A DNA stretch of 64,000 bases from Octopus vulgaris (GCA_951406725.2 OX597826.1:13330001-13394000); one strand, 5' to 3'; shown: positions 25,736 through 41,423, counted from the first letter of the stretch. The notes: generated by a model from the sequence alone, not told the origin. Numbers and translations: made by a program.

Positions 25736-26920
25736 GTCTGTCTGTCTATCTGTCTGTCTATATGTCTATATGTCTGTCTATCTGTCTGTCTGTCTGTCTA
25801 GCTGTCTGTCTGTCTATCTGTCTGTCTGTCTGTCTGTCTGTCTTCCTGTTTATCTATCTATCAATCAATCAATCAATCAATCAATCTATCTGTCTATCTG
25901 TCTATCTGTCTGTCCGTCTGTCTAACGTACCAAAAGTTTGTAAAATATCATTTTATCTTTCACTTGTTGCAGTCAACAGACTAAGGTCATGCTGGGGCAC
26001 AGCCTTGACGGGTTGACTTGAGCAAATCGTGTCCAGTCTTTATTTTTCTAAGTCTGGTAGTTACTCTATTAGTAGCTTCCGCTAGTTTCCATCTACCATA
26101 TTTACTTAAAAAGGCATTGGTCGACCAGGGGGCTAAGGCACGTGCCAAAGGTGCCGTGCAGTGAGACTGAACCTGAAACCATGTAGTGGCAAAGCAAGCT
26201 TCTTTACCACACAGTAAAGCATGCACCTATACTTTTGCATAATTGGTAGATAGGCATTTGATATTCCTAAGGGGACCAGCCGAGTCGCAATTAGTTGACA
26301 GGAAACCTACGGCAATCACGCTGCATACGGACATTTATGACTTTACCCATGGCAGAGAAACTTTGCATTGCTAACATTTGCAATTAGATTTTTTTTTTCC
26401 GAACTGCTAAGTTACGGGGACGTAAACAAACCAGTACCGGTTGTCAAGTGATGATGGTGGTGGTGGTGGTGGTAGAAAAACTCAGTCACGTACACACACA
26501 TACACACATGTGGGGCTTCGAACAAATCCACTCATAATGCTTTTGTTGGCCCGGATCTATAGTAGAAGACATTTTCCCAAGGTGTTGCCAATAGGATTGA
26601 AACTGTGACCATGGGGTTGGGAAGCAAACTTCTTGCCACAAAGTGACACCTGTACATGTATCTTTATAGCTTACTTGTTAACTATTTAACCAATTAACTA
26701 ATCGATTGCTTGATTAATCAATCGTCTGATGAATTAATCAATCCGCTACTTTCGTCTGAGCATTTCCGTCGCCGTTCGTGACCTCATCAAATGACATGCC
26801 CTCTTCATCCCAGGTCATTGTTTAGGTCAAGACTGGAGACGAAAGTACTCTGACGAATTAGTTAATAGGATAAATGATTAACTAGTTGACTGTCAATAAA
26901 ATTTTTAAAAAGAAGTGAAA

Positions 26921-27087
26921 TAGGCGCAGGAGTGGCTGTGTGGTAAGTAGCTTGCTAACCAACCACATGGTTCCGAGTTCAGTCCCACTGCGTGGCATCT
27001 TGGGCAAGTGTCTTCTGCTATAGCCCCGGGCCGACCAATGCCTTGTGAGTGGATTTGGCAGACGGAAACTGAAAGAAGCCTGTCGTA

Positions 27088-27164
<77 letters not shown>

Positions 27165-27396
27165 TTGTGTGTCTGTGTTTGTCTCCCTAGCATTGCTTGA
27201 CAACCGATGCTGGTGTGTTTACGTCCCCGTCACTTAGCGGTTCTGCAAAAGAGACCGATAGAATAAGTACTGGGCTTACAAAGAATAAGTCCCGGGGTCG
27301 ATTTGCTCGACTAAAGGCGGTGCTCCAGCATGGCCGCAGTCAAATGACTGAAACAAGTAAAAGAGTAAAGAGTAAAAGAGTAAAAGAGTAAAGAGT
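26921..27396 (+). mobile_element. Full-length SINE group A copy
   Basis: Complete head, CCTTGGGCAAGTG-like core, internal microsatellite, 3' body and (AAAGAGT)n tail. Confidence 0.9.
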
Positions 27397-28721
27397 ACAG
27401 GATTAGTGTGTAGGTTTATTGTTAGCATATTGACACACTCCAAATACCACAAAATCGCAAGCTATTATTAATTTTTTTTATTATTGAAGGCGGTGAGCTG
27501 GAACAATCGTTAGCGCGCTTAACAGTATTTCGCCCGTCGCTATGTCCTGAATTCAAATCCCGCCGAAGGCGACTTTGTTTTTTGTCCTTTCAGGGTCGAT
27601 CCCCCCAAAATTGCAGCCATTATTATTTCGTTATTGCATGAAAGTAAGAATTTACTCTTTTACACTTTTATTTGTTTCAGTCATTTTGACTGCGGCCATG
27701 CTGGAGCTCCGCCTTTAGTCGAGCAAATCGACCCTAGGACTTAGTCTTTGTAAGCCTAGTACTTATTCTGTCGGTCTCTTTTGCCAAACCACTAAGTTAC
27801 GGGGACGTAAACACACCAGCATCGGTTGTCAAGCGATCTTGGGGCGACAAACACGGACACACAAACACACACATACATTTATAGATATATACGACGGGCT
27901 TATTTCAATTTCCGCCTACCAAATCCACTCAAGGCTTTGGTTGGCCCGAGGCTATAGAAGACACTTGCCCAAGGTGCCACGCAGTGGGACTGAACCCGGA
28001 ACCACACAACCAGTAAAATATATTATGTAAAATGTACTTAATATGTGCAAAAAGTAAAAAACAACAACTGGTACTCCGTCGTTTACCACGAGGACTCCAG
28101 TTGATCCGATCAACAGAACGGGTCGCTCATGAAATTAACGTGTAAATAGCTGAGCACTCCACAGGCACATATACGTACCCTTAACATAGATTCTCAGGGA
28201 GATACAGCGTGACACAGAATGTGACAATGCTGCCACTTTGAAACAAAATATGGGTACAACTCATTTTTGCCAATTGATTAGACTGAAGCAACGTGAAATT
28301 AAATATCTTGGTCAACGACAAAACGCGCTGTCAGGTATCGAAATCACGACCTTACGATCGTAAGCCAAATATCCTAAACCCTAGGCCATGCGTATTCACA
28401 TGCAATGGTGTACTATGCAGTACGTACGGTATTTCAAAACAGTTCTTGTAGTACTGTGGGCCAGTCTATGACGGGCAATATCTTTGTCATATGGCCAGCT
28501 GTTAGAACAAAGCGACACACATCCCTTAACAGTAGCACATTGTTTCCCGTACATGCAAGACATATGAGGTTTCGTTTCTCGTCGCTTTGGTTCATTGTTC
28601 GTTTTCACTTTCAATTCGTTGTGAAAAGCCCACGTTTTAAGTTTAAAAAGTGTGCGTGTGTGTGTATATATATATATGTGTGTGTGTGTATATGCATGAG
28701 CATACGTACGTACGTACCTAC

Positions 28722-28782
<61 letters not shown>

Positions 28783-29306
28783 CACTCATATATATATATA
28801 TACATATATACTTCTACATATATACGTATATCTCTCCCCCTCTCTGTCTCTTTCTCTCTCTCATTATATATATATATTTATATGTATGTATATATTCACA
28901 CTCCCGCACACGTACATACATACATATACATATCTATATGTATGTAAATATATATGTGTGTGTGTGTGTGTGTGTATATAAGCACACATACAAACACGCA
29001 CCTGCTTGCATGTAAGAGGCTAATTGTACGCACGGATAGCGTTTGTGTGTGTGCGAGCGTGTGCGTGTGCGTGCGTGCGTGTGTGTGTGTGTGTGTGAAT
29101 TCAAACAAAGAAAGCAGGAAAGCCACAAGTCAGACAACAAAGTATTCTCCAGCTCTCGCCCTCAATGGAGGAACGGAGAAAATAAACAGCCACAACCGCT
29201 TAATCACTGTCTCCTTTGCTCCCCCTTCCTCTCTCTCTTTCTCGCCTTCTTCCTCCCTTCCTTGACATACTTATTCAAGTATATACGATTACATAAACCT
29301 ACACAC

Positions 29307-29352
<46 letters not shown>

Positions 29353-29960
29353 GTGTGCATATGTATCAGTGAATGCGCACACACATACACTTACACGCAT
29401 ACACTCACAAAACATGTTAACATATACAGGCGCGCACGTGCGTGTACACGTACGCGCATGCCTGAGCTTAGGCGCGGCTGTGTGGTTAGGAAATTACTTC
29501 ACAGTTACGTTCGATTCTGTTGCTTAGCATTTTGGTCATGTGCTTTCAACCCATGGTCCCGGGTTGATCATTATGCATGAGTAAAGGCGGCGAGCTGGCA
29601 GAAACGTTAGCACGCCGGGCGAAATGCGTAGCTGTATTTCGTCTGCCGCTACGTTCTGAGTTCAAATTCCGCCGAGGTCAACTTTGCCTTTTCTCCTTTC
29701 GGGGTCGATAAATTAAGTACCAGTAAAGCACTGGGGTCGATGTAATCGACTTAATCCGTTTGTCTGTCCTTGTTTGTCCCCTCTATGTTTAGCCCCTTGT
29801 GGGCAATAAAAAAATAAGAAATAAGAATTTCTTAGCACGGCGGGTAAAATTCTTAGTCTGTCTTAAACCAATGTTCTGAGTTCAAATTCCGCCGTGGTTG
29901 AATTTACATTTCACCCTTTCGGAGCCGATAAAATAGTACCAGTTGACGTAATCGACTTAC

Positions 29961-30013
<53 letters not shown>

Positions 30014-30088
30014 AACTTACTGGCCTTGTGTCAAAATTTGAAACCAGCGTATGAGTACGAATATGTGCGTAGGAGTGTGTGCGAGAGA

Positions 30089-30132
<44 letters not shown>

Positions 30133-30999
30133 GTGGAGGGAGAGAGTGACAATTTATGCTGTTAATGTTCCGCTTCAGTTGTTGCAAGTCAACACCTGTT
30201 GAAAATATCTTAGCAGGGAAAAGGGGCGGGTCGTTGTTCTGTGAAAGAAAAACTAAGTGGAGTGTTTAGTTAAGAGGTATAGTTCGGCGTCGATGACACA
30301 ACATAAGTAATGAGAGGAGGGGAGAAGAGTGGTGAGGCAGTACCTGTTAGGGAGGTGACACGAGTCGAACCGATTCTGAAGAACAGAATAGATCGAATAG
30401 ATTGAAGGCGGCGAGCTGGCAGAATCGTTAGAACGCCGGGCGAAATGCTTAGCAGTGTTTCGTCTGCCGCTACGTTCTGAGTTCTAATTCTGCCGAGGTC
30501 GAATTTGGCTTTCATCCTTTCGGGGTCGATTAATTAAGTACCAGTTAAGCACTGGGGTCGATGTAATCGACTTAATCCTTTTGTCTGTCCTTGTTTGTCC
30601 CCTCTGTGTTTAGCCCCTTGTGGGTAGTAAAGAAATAGGTATTTCGTCTGCCGCTACGTTCTGAGTTCAAATTCTGCCGAGATCGACTTTGCCTTTTATC
30701 CTTTCGGGGTCGATAAATTGAGTGCCAGTTACGCACTGGGGTTGATGTAATCGACTTAATCCTTTAGTCTGTCCTTGTTTGTCTCCTCTACGTCTAGCTC
30801 CTTATGGGCAATAAAGAAATAAGAATAGATCTAATACTCATTTTAAAATCTGATACTCAGTCTATCAGGTTCTTATTACCGAGTTATTTAGCAACGGGGT
30901 TGTAAACAAACCAACACCGGTTGTCAAGCGTTGGTGCTACGTTTTCTGACCGCATGTATTTCGTTTTTATGTGATTCAACTTATTACCTACCGCTGAGT

Positions 31000-31215
31000 A
31001 ATGGGTATCCAACACAGTCACCATGGTCTACAGCTGATCTGTTATTTCAGAAATGTGAAAATTCTTCTGTGAATCGGAGCTATTACAATAGCTCGCCGTT
31101 GATGTTCACACTAACGGTCCAGCCAACGTCTCTGATGACCATTTTTAAACATGAGGTGAAGAGCTTTGGAGAGATGACCTCTCCTTGTTTGACGCTCATC
31201 TCAGTTGGAACTCTT
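31000..31215 (-). mobile_element. RTE-clade LINE reverse transcriptase fragment
   Basis: The minus strand translates to SVKQGEVISPKLFTSCLKMVIRDVGW..VNINGE..LRF, matching the RT QG..SP.LF motif. Confidence 0.7.
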
Positions 31216-32818
31216 ATATATATGACCGGCTTCTACATATTTCCCGCCTACCAAATTCACTCATAAAGCTTAGAAGACATTTGCCTAATGTGCCGCACAG
31301 TGTGACTGAACCTGAATCCGCGTGATTTCAAAGCGAGTTTCTTAAGCACACTTTGACCATGCTTGGTCACGTGAAATCACGTGAATCAGTCGAGTCTCCA
31401 TTCTTTGGATGGGGTTCAGGACGTCTCAACGTGTGTAGTAACAGCAACGTCCCAGATGTGAGGGCAATATTCTACTGAGAATGTCACCTGAGCTTTGTTG
31501 GTTGTCAACAAGTGTTAGAGGCTGAAGTAACTTCAGGGCCTTAAAAGAGGATGTGGTCCTACATGTTAAATAAGTGTTTTCGCCAGGAAAATCCTTGATA
31601 ATCATGATACCTAATACTGGTTTCAAATTCTGGGACAAGTCTCTTTTGCCAAACCACTAAGTTACGGGGACGTAACACATCAGCATCGGTTGTCAAGTGA
31701 TGTTGTGGAGACAAACACAGACACACAAACTTATACACTCACACACACACATATATATACATATATATACGACGGGCTTCTTTCAGTTTCCGTCTCTCAA
31801 ATCCACTCACAAGGCTTTGATCAGTCCGAGGCTATAGCACTTGCCCAAGGTGCCACGCAGTGGGACTGAACCCTGAACCATGTGGTTGGTAAACAAGCTA
31901 CTTACCACACAGCTACTCCTGTGCCTATACTTACCACGCAGCCACTCCTACGCCCGGGATGTATATATACTTTCTTTTTTGTCTAATCACTATTTTATTT
32001 TATAGTATTTTTGTCTGCTCTCCCATTACCTCTTACTGTAACTCTTACCTCCCTCTTTCTCTTCTTTCACCCCCCCCCTGCCTCTGTCTCTCTCTTAAAA
32101 AATCTGTTTATGCTTCTCATTCTATTACCCTCACCCTCCATCTCTTACCCTCCATTTTTTCTCCCCCTGCACCCTCTTTACAGCTGTCTCTCTTACTCTC
32201 ATTTTTAGCCATTCATTTTGTCTGCCCGCCATTTTTCACTCTCCGTCACTATCTCTCTTCTGTTCTTCTTTCTCCGTAACACACATGCACGCACACACAA
32301 ACCCACACATATACACACACAAATCCACCCTTTCTCTCTTTCCCTCCTTCACTTTTCTCTAACATTTTTCTCCATTCCTCCACAACACCTACCAGTGCAA
32401 AACTTATAACAAACACTCCCTCAAACGCGCATACTCAAATATTTACATATACAACCTCTCCTTCTCTCTCTCTCTCTCTCTCCCTCCCTCGCACTCCCTT
32501 TCCCTCTTTCTCTTTCTCTCTCTCTCTCATTCACACGCACAGACACGCGCGCACACGCACTTCTTTGGCAGGTTTTTCTTTGTCCTCCAACTCGCCGTTC
32601 AGTCAAGCAATCAAACACTTTCCTCGACGTACCCGGATATTGAGGACTGCTACCCTCACATGACATTGCTCAAGATCATTTCCTTCTCACTAAACAATGT
32701 AGAATTGTTGCTGTTGCTTTAATTCGGATCCCTCCCCCACCAACTGAGTAGAACTATGATCAAAGTGGTGAAGAAGATCATTTTTCAACCTCGTGATTTC
32801 GAATTCCGTCTTACCGCG

Positions 32819-33258
32819 GGACCTTTTCGGTTTGAACGGCAGTTTTTTTCCAGCGGTATCATATGAAATTGTCAAACATAATTATGACCCTAGTTTCGAT
32901 CTATTGCATTTCAATCTATTTTAGGGTTAGGGTTAGTTAGGATTAGTTAGGGTTAGGGGTAGGGGGAAGGGTATCTTTTTTTCTTCACAAATGTAAATAA
33001 ACCCAATCTGTTTCTTAAACGAGGGACATATTCATACGGCACAGAATGTTTTTTACCTCAATACACGTCACTGATTGATTGAAATTGCAGAAATTGAAGA
33101 AAAAAAAACAACAAATATCTTACAAACTATATAATTTTCTCAATAAAACCAAGAGAGAAAGATGTTTTATAAACACATTCTACCAGTATACGAAGTTTAA
33201 AAGTGTTTAGTTATCTAGAAATTATGTTAAAAAACTGCCGTTCAAACCGAAAAGATCC
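32819..33258. mobile_element. Same TTAGGG-containing MITE (copy 3)
   Basis: TIRs and internal sequence match 3727-4158. Longer TTAGGG/TTAG tract at about 32921-32960. Confidence 0.85.
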
Positions 33259-33969
33259 GGCAAGTGTTTTCTACAATAGGCCTAGACTGACCAATGCATT
33301 GAGAGTTAATCTGGTAGACGGAAACTGTGTGGAGGCCCATCGTATACACACACACACACGTTTGTCTCTAAACCCCACTGCTTGACAGCCGGTGCTAGTT
33401 TATTTACGTGCCCACAACTTAACCACTTAGGCAAAAGAGGACGATTGAATAAGTGTCATACGAAAAAATAATGACTAAACCCTTCAAGGCGGCACTCCTT
33501 CATGGCCGCTGTCCAATAACGGAAACAAGAAACAGACAAAAAATAAAAGATCTCGTCTTATAGGGGTACTTATGACTGCATTATGTAATGTCTTCTTATT
33601 TTTAAGACAGTTTAGTGTTATCTAAGGAATTTGGCTGCTTTAGCTGGCAGATCAAGTAGCAACATAAGGCCCCATTGTTGACTTCTGGGGGAATTCAGTA
33701 GAAGTTTACAATAGTGTACTTCAGAAATCCCCACAACCTCTTATGCGTTGATGCAGAAAAATCCTAGGAAGTTAACAATGCTCCACATTAGGAAATTGTA
33801 ATCAGAAAATGTTCCCAAGTTGTGATCATTCTTAGTTATGTTAACTGTTATGCTGAGGTGGTGTAATAAGAGTGAAACATTTTCTCTACTTTCGTCAATC
33901 AGCTTTAAAGATTACACGCAGTTTTGGGTAAATAGACATCCACAAATAAATTTAGTTCATTACCCACTT

Positions 33970-34013
<44 letters not shown>

Positions 34014-34289
34014 ACACACACACATATACATACATATATACGACAGGCTTCTTTCAGTTTCCGTCTACCAAATCCACTCACAAGGATTTGGTCGGCCCGA
34101 GGCTATAGTAGTAGACACTTGCCCAAGGTGCTACGCAGTGGGACTGAACCCGAAACCATGTGGTTGGTAAGCAAGCTACTTACCACACAATGATGAGTGC
34201 ACACGAACTTGTGCATGATGAGCAAAATGAATAACAACAATAATAACGTAATATAAATAAAATGTCAAATGCCTTAGTGCTTTTTAGCC

Positions 34290-34733
34290 CACCCTGTATT
34301 TAAACTCTGGGATATACTGATACGCATACAGATAGGGAGATCAAGGCTAATAAACCTGATAGTAATTGTTAAGGACCACCTGGAAAAAGAAGTGCCTCCC
34401 AACACACTTATCAGTCTCAACAGATAAAAGGTGTATCTGTAAAACGAACGGAGAAACAGAGTTAATCTGAATGTAGATTCTGAGAGGAAGAAATAATCCG
34501 TGCAATAAATATGTGTTTCGAAAATAATAAAAGAAGCAGAGCCCAAAATGCGGAACTAACAAGTATGCATAATCTACAGAAAATCATGGCACTGCTCTGC
34601 ACTGAACACATATTGCGCGGAGCACTTTGGACGTTGTAATAATAATAATACCAAACAACCCACAGCACATATCCAAGGCACACAGAACGGAGCTCAGCAG
34701 TGCAGTGAAAGCGCGGAATAAAAACATGACTAG
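34290..34733 (+). mobile_element. R4/Dong-like LINE 3' end (restriction-like endonuclease remnant plus 3' UTR)
   Basis: Frameshifted LWD...TDREIKANKPD (PD-D/ExK), NLQK..ALLCTEHILRGAL, then AATAAA and a direct junction into (TAA)n. Confidence 0.75.
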
Positions 34734-35720
<987 letters not shown>

Positions 35721-36439
35721 AACGTTATCATCAGTGATAAGAAAGCATAAAAATAATTGAATGTAGCAGAATTTTAAATTTGTTGCTTGACAAAAAGGAA
35801 AGACATTTTAAACAAAAAAAGTACTTTACACACAAAAGCTGGAAGTAATCATATAGCATTTTATTGCCTTAAAAGTGAGTGAGTTTTATATTAATTTGAT
35901 GTGTTTATGTATTTATTTTATATAATTATTTTTGAAAATTAGTGATCTTCCATTGACGAAAAAGTGTTTAAATATGGTAAAGATTTGAAAATGGCAGGAA
36001 AACGAAATAAAAAGCAGTGAAACAGCAAAGTATTTACAGATGTATCTAGATTAATTGCAAAGCTAATTATTGCTTTCTGGCGTTTGCCTTATTTGAAATG
36101 TAACAACCCCTTTAATTACCTTTTAAGTTTGGTACGTATTGCATTGGTTTTTTTTTTACTGTACCACTAAGTTACAGAGACATAAACAAACCAACTTCGA
36201 TTGTCAAAGACAAACACACAGTTACATGCGCGCGCACGTACACGTAAGACAAGCTTTTTCTTCAGTTTCCGTCTGCCAGATCTGCTCACATGTTTTTGGT
36301 GTCGTACGCTTGGCCAAAGTGTTGCGCAGTGAGACTGAACTCAAGACCACATGGTCGGCGTCGAAGAAACAAGCTTTTTACCCCCAGAGTCCCGCCTGTG
36401 CAAAGATTATAAAATTTTATGACCCTACACCCACCGATT

Positions 36440-37190
36440 TTATTGTGACTAGATTTAGAAGATCAGAAAAGTATTCTTTGTGGGGAGAACTCTAGCTGAG
36501 CTCTTAATAGCAAGTATAGAAGAGTGCTTCTTGTTGCGAAGTCGACGAATGGTTTGCCAGAGTATTTCATTGGACAATTTAAAGTTAAGGTCCATTTTAA
36601 CCCCCAAACAACCCTATGACCTAGCCTTGTACAAAATAATCTCCGTAATATCCCTTGTGCATGCCAATCCAGTTCATAGCAACTATGAAAAATAGAGGTG
36701 ACAATACGGACCCCTGCTGAAGTCCAACACCTACATCGAAAAGCTACGACTTAATACAATTTATCCAAACACAAACATCAAAGAATTTGTATTGCAACTT
36801 CACGGCAACTAAAAGTTGCCAATTAATCTCAAACTCCTGCAAGATTCCCCACAGCAGCCTTACTACATTTGTACGCTTTAGTTATCTGCATGACTTCAAC
36901 ACCTGTGAGATTAGTTTTCGCCCACAGGTGCACCTCACGTCCACCAGAAGATTTCATTGTGACTAGATTTAGAAGATCAGAAAAGTATTCTCTGTGGGGA
37001 GAACTCCAGCTGAGCTCTTAATTGCAGGTATAGAAGAGTGCTTCTTGTTGCGAAGTCGACGAATGGTTTGCCAGAATATTTTATTGGATAATTTAAAATT
37101 AGAGTCTATTTTAACCCCAAACACCTCCCATGACCTAGTCTTGCAACATTTCACTGCCCCTGCAGCAACTTTTTATGCCCCACTGTACCG
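36440..37190 (-). mobile_element. RTE-clade LINE fragments with an internal about 190-bp duplication
   Basis: Minus strand LWGILQEF...VGVGLQQGSVLSPLFFIVAM (RT) and SNKIFWQTIRRLR. 36443-36630 duplicates 36957-37145. Confidence 0.75.
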
Positions 37191-37194
37191 CACG

Positions 37195-37530
37195 CGATAA
37201 AGGGAAACTTATTTCCAAGCCAAGTTTTGTAAGCCTCCCTCTTTGCTCCAATGACATCTTTCTAGTTTTCTTGACTGAAGACGGAGGCCGGTAATGTAAA
37301 CATTTATGGTTGTGGGTAATGTTTATGTTTAAATGCAACCTCTACTGGTTGCATATCCTTGATATTTTGCACACCTCCACCTGTCAACTTTACAATTATT
37401 ACGTAATTCCGAGCCCCCAGAAACAGCTGTCGGACCTGAAATACCATGCCTTCTCTCCTTATTTTCCATTATTTTTTGTACTCTATACAATTCTGTTCTG
37501 TAAATGTATAATTATCTATATTCTTACATA
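37195..37530 (+). mobile_element. Penelope-like 3' fragment with a degenerate hammerhead (long stem II)
   Basis: ETYFQAKF..P resembles the GIY-YIG C-terminus. CTGAAGA-CGGAGGCCGG (37275)...CCGAGCCCCCA-GAAA-CAGCTG-TC (to 37431). Confidence 0.45.
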
Positions 37531-38524
37531 TGAATGTTCATCTTCCGAATATTATCAGTTTTTGTTTCTATCTCCCCCTCCCCCCTCTCTCTCTCTCTCT
37601 GGTTACTGCTTATAGTATCATACTTAAACTCTGGATGGCCCGCATCATTGACAGAGAATAACTATGTAGTTCCAATGGAATCGTACGGCCATACAAGTAA
37701 TATTCTAATAGTATTTTTCATTCATATTTCCTTTAATAAATATCTTTGTTGCTTGTTGTGGTCGTCTCTGCTCAGGCTGACTTATGACCTAGGGCATTCT
37801 AGCCGTGACAATCCCGTCGTTTTAAGAGTATTTCTAACTAAGAGTATTTCAACTAATGTTTCCTCTTCTTAAGACGTAGGGTGTGTGCTTCCTCGTTGGT
37901 ACATCTTTATCAAATTTTTTTTTTCATTGAGTTTCAGAAATTATTTTCATATTTCAACATGCTTATTGCGTTGTTAAGTAGGTAAGAGACCCCTCTAGAG
38001 GTTTTACTCTCTGAGTGTGTGATATAAACAATTATAAATTCATTAAAATTTTAAACACTTCAGTAACGCCCTTGAAAATGACCACTTTACGTACTTAAAA
38101 GTTCAAGATTCTCTACCTTTGGTAAGTTCACTTTTGTTTTCTCTCCACTGCCTCTAAGAGTCATTTGTATCTCTTTCAGAAATATATCTATGAATATATA
38201 TATATGTGCCAACTATAGAATAAGCATTAGTTCTTGGTGCTATTCGTGTAGAATCTGTTGTTCCAGTTTGATATCTGGAACACGCAAGCACATACATGCA
38301 CACACAAACAGGTATTGTGATGCAAACAGGAAAAATAGAACTCAAAATTTGAGTATATGTATATTTTAATCAATTTTTAGCAGTGGCAACAGAGTGACTC
38401 AAGGGCCGATAGTTGCGTTAGCACTTATCAAATTTATATACAATGTATGTGTATATATGTATACATACACGTATATATCCCCACAAATCAATTGATTGAA
38501 ATCCCAATAACTGCTGAACTACAA

Positions 38525-38606
<82 letters not shown>

Positions 38607-38619
38607 ACACGGCAAGAAG

Positions 38620-40479
38620 AAAATGGAGGGGATACAGAAATAGTATACATCAACTGTTAGACATTATATTATGTCTATTTATTTATTCTAAAACATTTAT
38701 GAGAATAACTACATATGTAAAGACTGCGTATTACATACATACGTACCAGTAATTCATAGAATAAAGAACAGTTTCTTACGGCCGTTTCTGCCAAGAGGTC
38801 GCAATACCCCACATGTTATTTCCATCTCTTCAGTCTTCTATAGGGATCGGTAGATAAAATTAGGGTATTGGGTGTGCCTCTAGGCTTCATTAGAGAGTTT
38901 AAAAGGGGGATTAAAAAAGTTCAGAGGGCTAATACATGTATATATAGATATACATATACACACTCATATATATATATATATATTTAAAAAAAGGAGATGT
39001 CGAACACGAGTGGTGATATATAAAAAAGGAAATGAAGAAAATGCTGACAAATAATTGAAGTAATTTAAGTAATTTAATTAGGTGAAAGTTCTTTTTACCG
39101 GTTGCGCATTTGTTATGCTTATCAAAATATAAAAGAGAGATTAGAGTCTGTCTCTTATATGTGAAAAAAAGAGGCTCCAGAGTTGTTTGGGATTTGCTTG
39201 GTTTCGCGCCTAAAATTTTGATTGGTCATTATGAAGGGGTCACGTGAATGTTTGAATGGAAGTTGGTGTTGGGGTAAGAAAAAAGGCTCCGAGAAGTTAA
39301 AATTTGGCTAGTGTCCCGCCTAAAATTTCTTATTGGCCATAATAAAGAGGTCACGTGAATGTTTAGAATTTTCGAAAATAGTGTTGTTGAAAATTCTTAT
39401 TGTTCAGGCTGGTCAGTAGACGTCATGTGGATATTTTAAATAGCTTTTTAGCGCGTAGTTAGGGAGTGTATTTTCCGCTTGACTGGATAAGTAAGTTCGT
39501 TTAGAACAGGGAGAGCTGTATGTATGTATGTGTGTGCGCGCGCGCGCGCGTGTGTGTGTTTATATGTATGTTGGGGCGCGCGCGCGTGTATATATGTGTG
39601 TGTGGGTAAAATTTTCAATATTTATAGTTCTGCTGGCCTTGTGCCTGTATCGGGAAGCAACGTATTTGTGTGAAGTCAATATTTACAGCCATTTCCAAAA
39701 AATAGTGTTGGATGTTTTGCACCCGTATTCAATTATGTGTATGTGTGGAACCATATATTTGTGTGTGTCATGGTGTTAATATCTGGGTAAAGGTGTGTGT
39801 AGGGTGTGTGCAGGTGTAAGTGTGTTTGTTGTGGGTTCGTGTTAGGGGCATGTGTTTAGAAGTGGTCTGTATTTATTAATAAGGTGGGATTCCATGGTTA
39901 TTCGCTGGGTATGAGTGGCATTGTCTTTAAATTTGTAGAGGGGAAAGATTCTAAAATTGGGATGGAGTTGTGCGGCACAGGTATCAATATGTGCACTAAA
40001 TGCTATTTTTCTATATTCCTGTATTTTTATTTGGGATCTGTGGACAGTCATGCGTTGGCGGAGGCTATTTTTTGTTTGGCCTATGTAGTGTTCATTACAG
40101 CCCGAGCAAGTTAAGACATATACTAGGTTTTCTGATGCGCATGTGAAGTTGTGTTTTACTGTGAAACGTTGTCCTTGTTTAAAAAGGAATTCCGGACAGC
40201 CAAATTTTAACTTCTCGGAGCCTTTTTTCTTACCCCAACACCAACTTCCATTCAAACATTCACGTGACCCCTTCATAATGACCAATCAAAATTTTAGGCG
40301 CGAAACCAAGCAAATCCCAAACAACTCTGGAGCCTCTTTTTTTCACATATAAGAGACAGACTCTAATCTCTCTTTTATATTTTGATAAGCATAACAAATG
40401 CGCAACCGGTAAAAAGAACTTTCACCTAATTAAATTACTTAAATTACTTCAATTATTTGTCAGCATTTTCTTCATTTCC

Positions 40480-40490
<11 letters not shown>
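38620..40490 (-). mobile_element. 5'-truncated Penelope-like retroelement with an inverted terminal segment
   Basis: GIY-YIG ORF, an about 290-bp near-perfect inverted repeat (about 39020-39309 versus 40198-40487), a hammerhead-like motif at about 38777-38833, and flanking (TA)n tracts. Confidence 0.85.
39842..40200 (-). CDS. GIY-YIG endonuclease domain of a Penelope-like element (truncated; the upstream Met in the ORF track comes from the inverted segment)
   Basis: NFTCASENLVYVLTCSGCNEHYIGQTKNSLRQRMTVH...H...ESHLINKYRPLLN: VY..CxxC..YIG-T..L.R..H and E..I...LN motifs. Confidence 0.85.
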
Positions 40491-40549
<59 letters not shown>

Positions 40550-40749
40550 CATACACGTATATATAAGAATCAGTTACCAGTAGCTACAGTTTATTATTCC
40601 TATTGAAGAGTGTAATAAGAGTTTGAGAGGAGTACAACTTTGTAGAAATGAAAAGGTATACGAAAGGATATATATATATATGTGCATGAGTGTGTGTGTA
40701 TGTGTGTGTGTGTGTGTGTGTATGTGTGTGTATGTGTGTGTGTGTGAAA

Positions 40750-41415
40750 TACAAATTAGGACAAGAACGTAAAACATCAGACAGTTAGGTGATACAAAAC
40801 AGGGACAACAAAACATCCAGAAAGACGATACAAAGAAAACAAGGACGGGCCATTCGGTGTTTTCTTTCTTCAGTCGAATTCCAAATTATAATTGCAATTT
40901 CGGCTGGTTATACTCGAGATTGCTCCAATCTGGCCAGTCCCAAGGAAAAACTAAGCCAAGAGCGTTAGACTCCTTGGCTGAAAGCAGTGAATGTATACAA
41001 AAAGGACGAAAACAACAACGGACAATGTTACACAAATACAATAAAAATAATAACAGGACATAACAACAGTATCTTTCGACTAAGGACAAATTAAATTAAG
41101 CTGGCGTGTGTGGAGATGAAGCCTTACGATAGGGATACAAGATTCCACAGACAGAGGGAGGAATATAGATGTTGCACGGACAACGGCCAGACCAAGAAAG
41201 AAAGATCAGGCTTAGCTGAATGCCGGTCACGCGGGAAGAGAAGAGAGAAAGAGGCAGAGGGACAGAAGAATTAAGGAGGAGCGAGAACAAATGACAGGGG
41301 CACAGTGAAGTGAAAAGTGGAGGGAAAGTGAGCAAGAAGAGAAGGCAAAGAAATGTGTGAGAGGGGGAACCAAAGAACGAAGAGTGGAATAAACGAATAA
41401 GCGCGAAAGCGCTGA
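40750..41415 (-). mobile_element. Microsatellite-flanked repeat, probable Penelope-derived terminal repeat
   Basis: The minus strand has CCAGCC-GAAA-TTGCAA...CGA-CTGAAGAA and a pyrimidine/GT-rich tail like the elements at 46560, 52150 and 62700. Confidence 0.4.
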
Positions 41416-41423
41416 TACATACA

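Noticed and set aside
28396-28785. Minus-strand ORF with a Cys-containing unique part
   Set aside because: The frame is not preserved in the paralogous segment at about 4330-4500, and it starts in a microsatellite.
32921-32960. TTAGGG tracts as chromosome-end or fusion relics
   Set aside because: They lie inside all three copies of one MITE.
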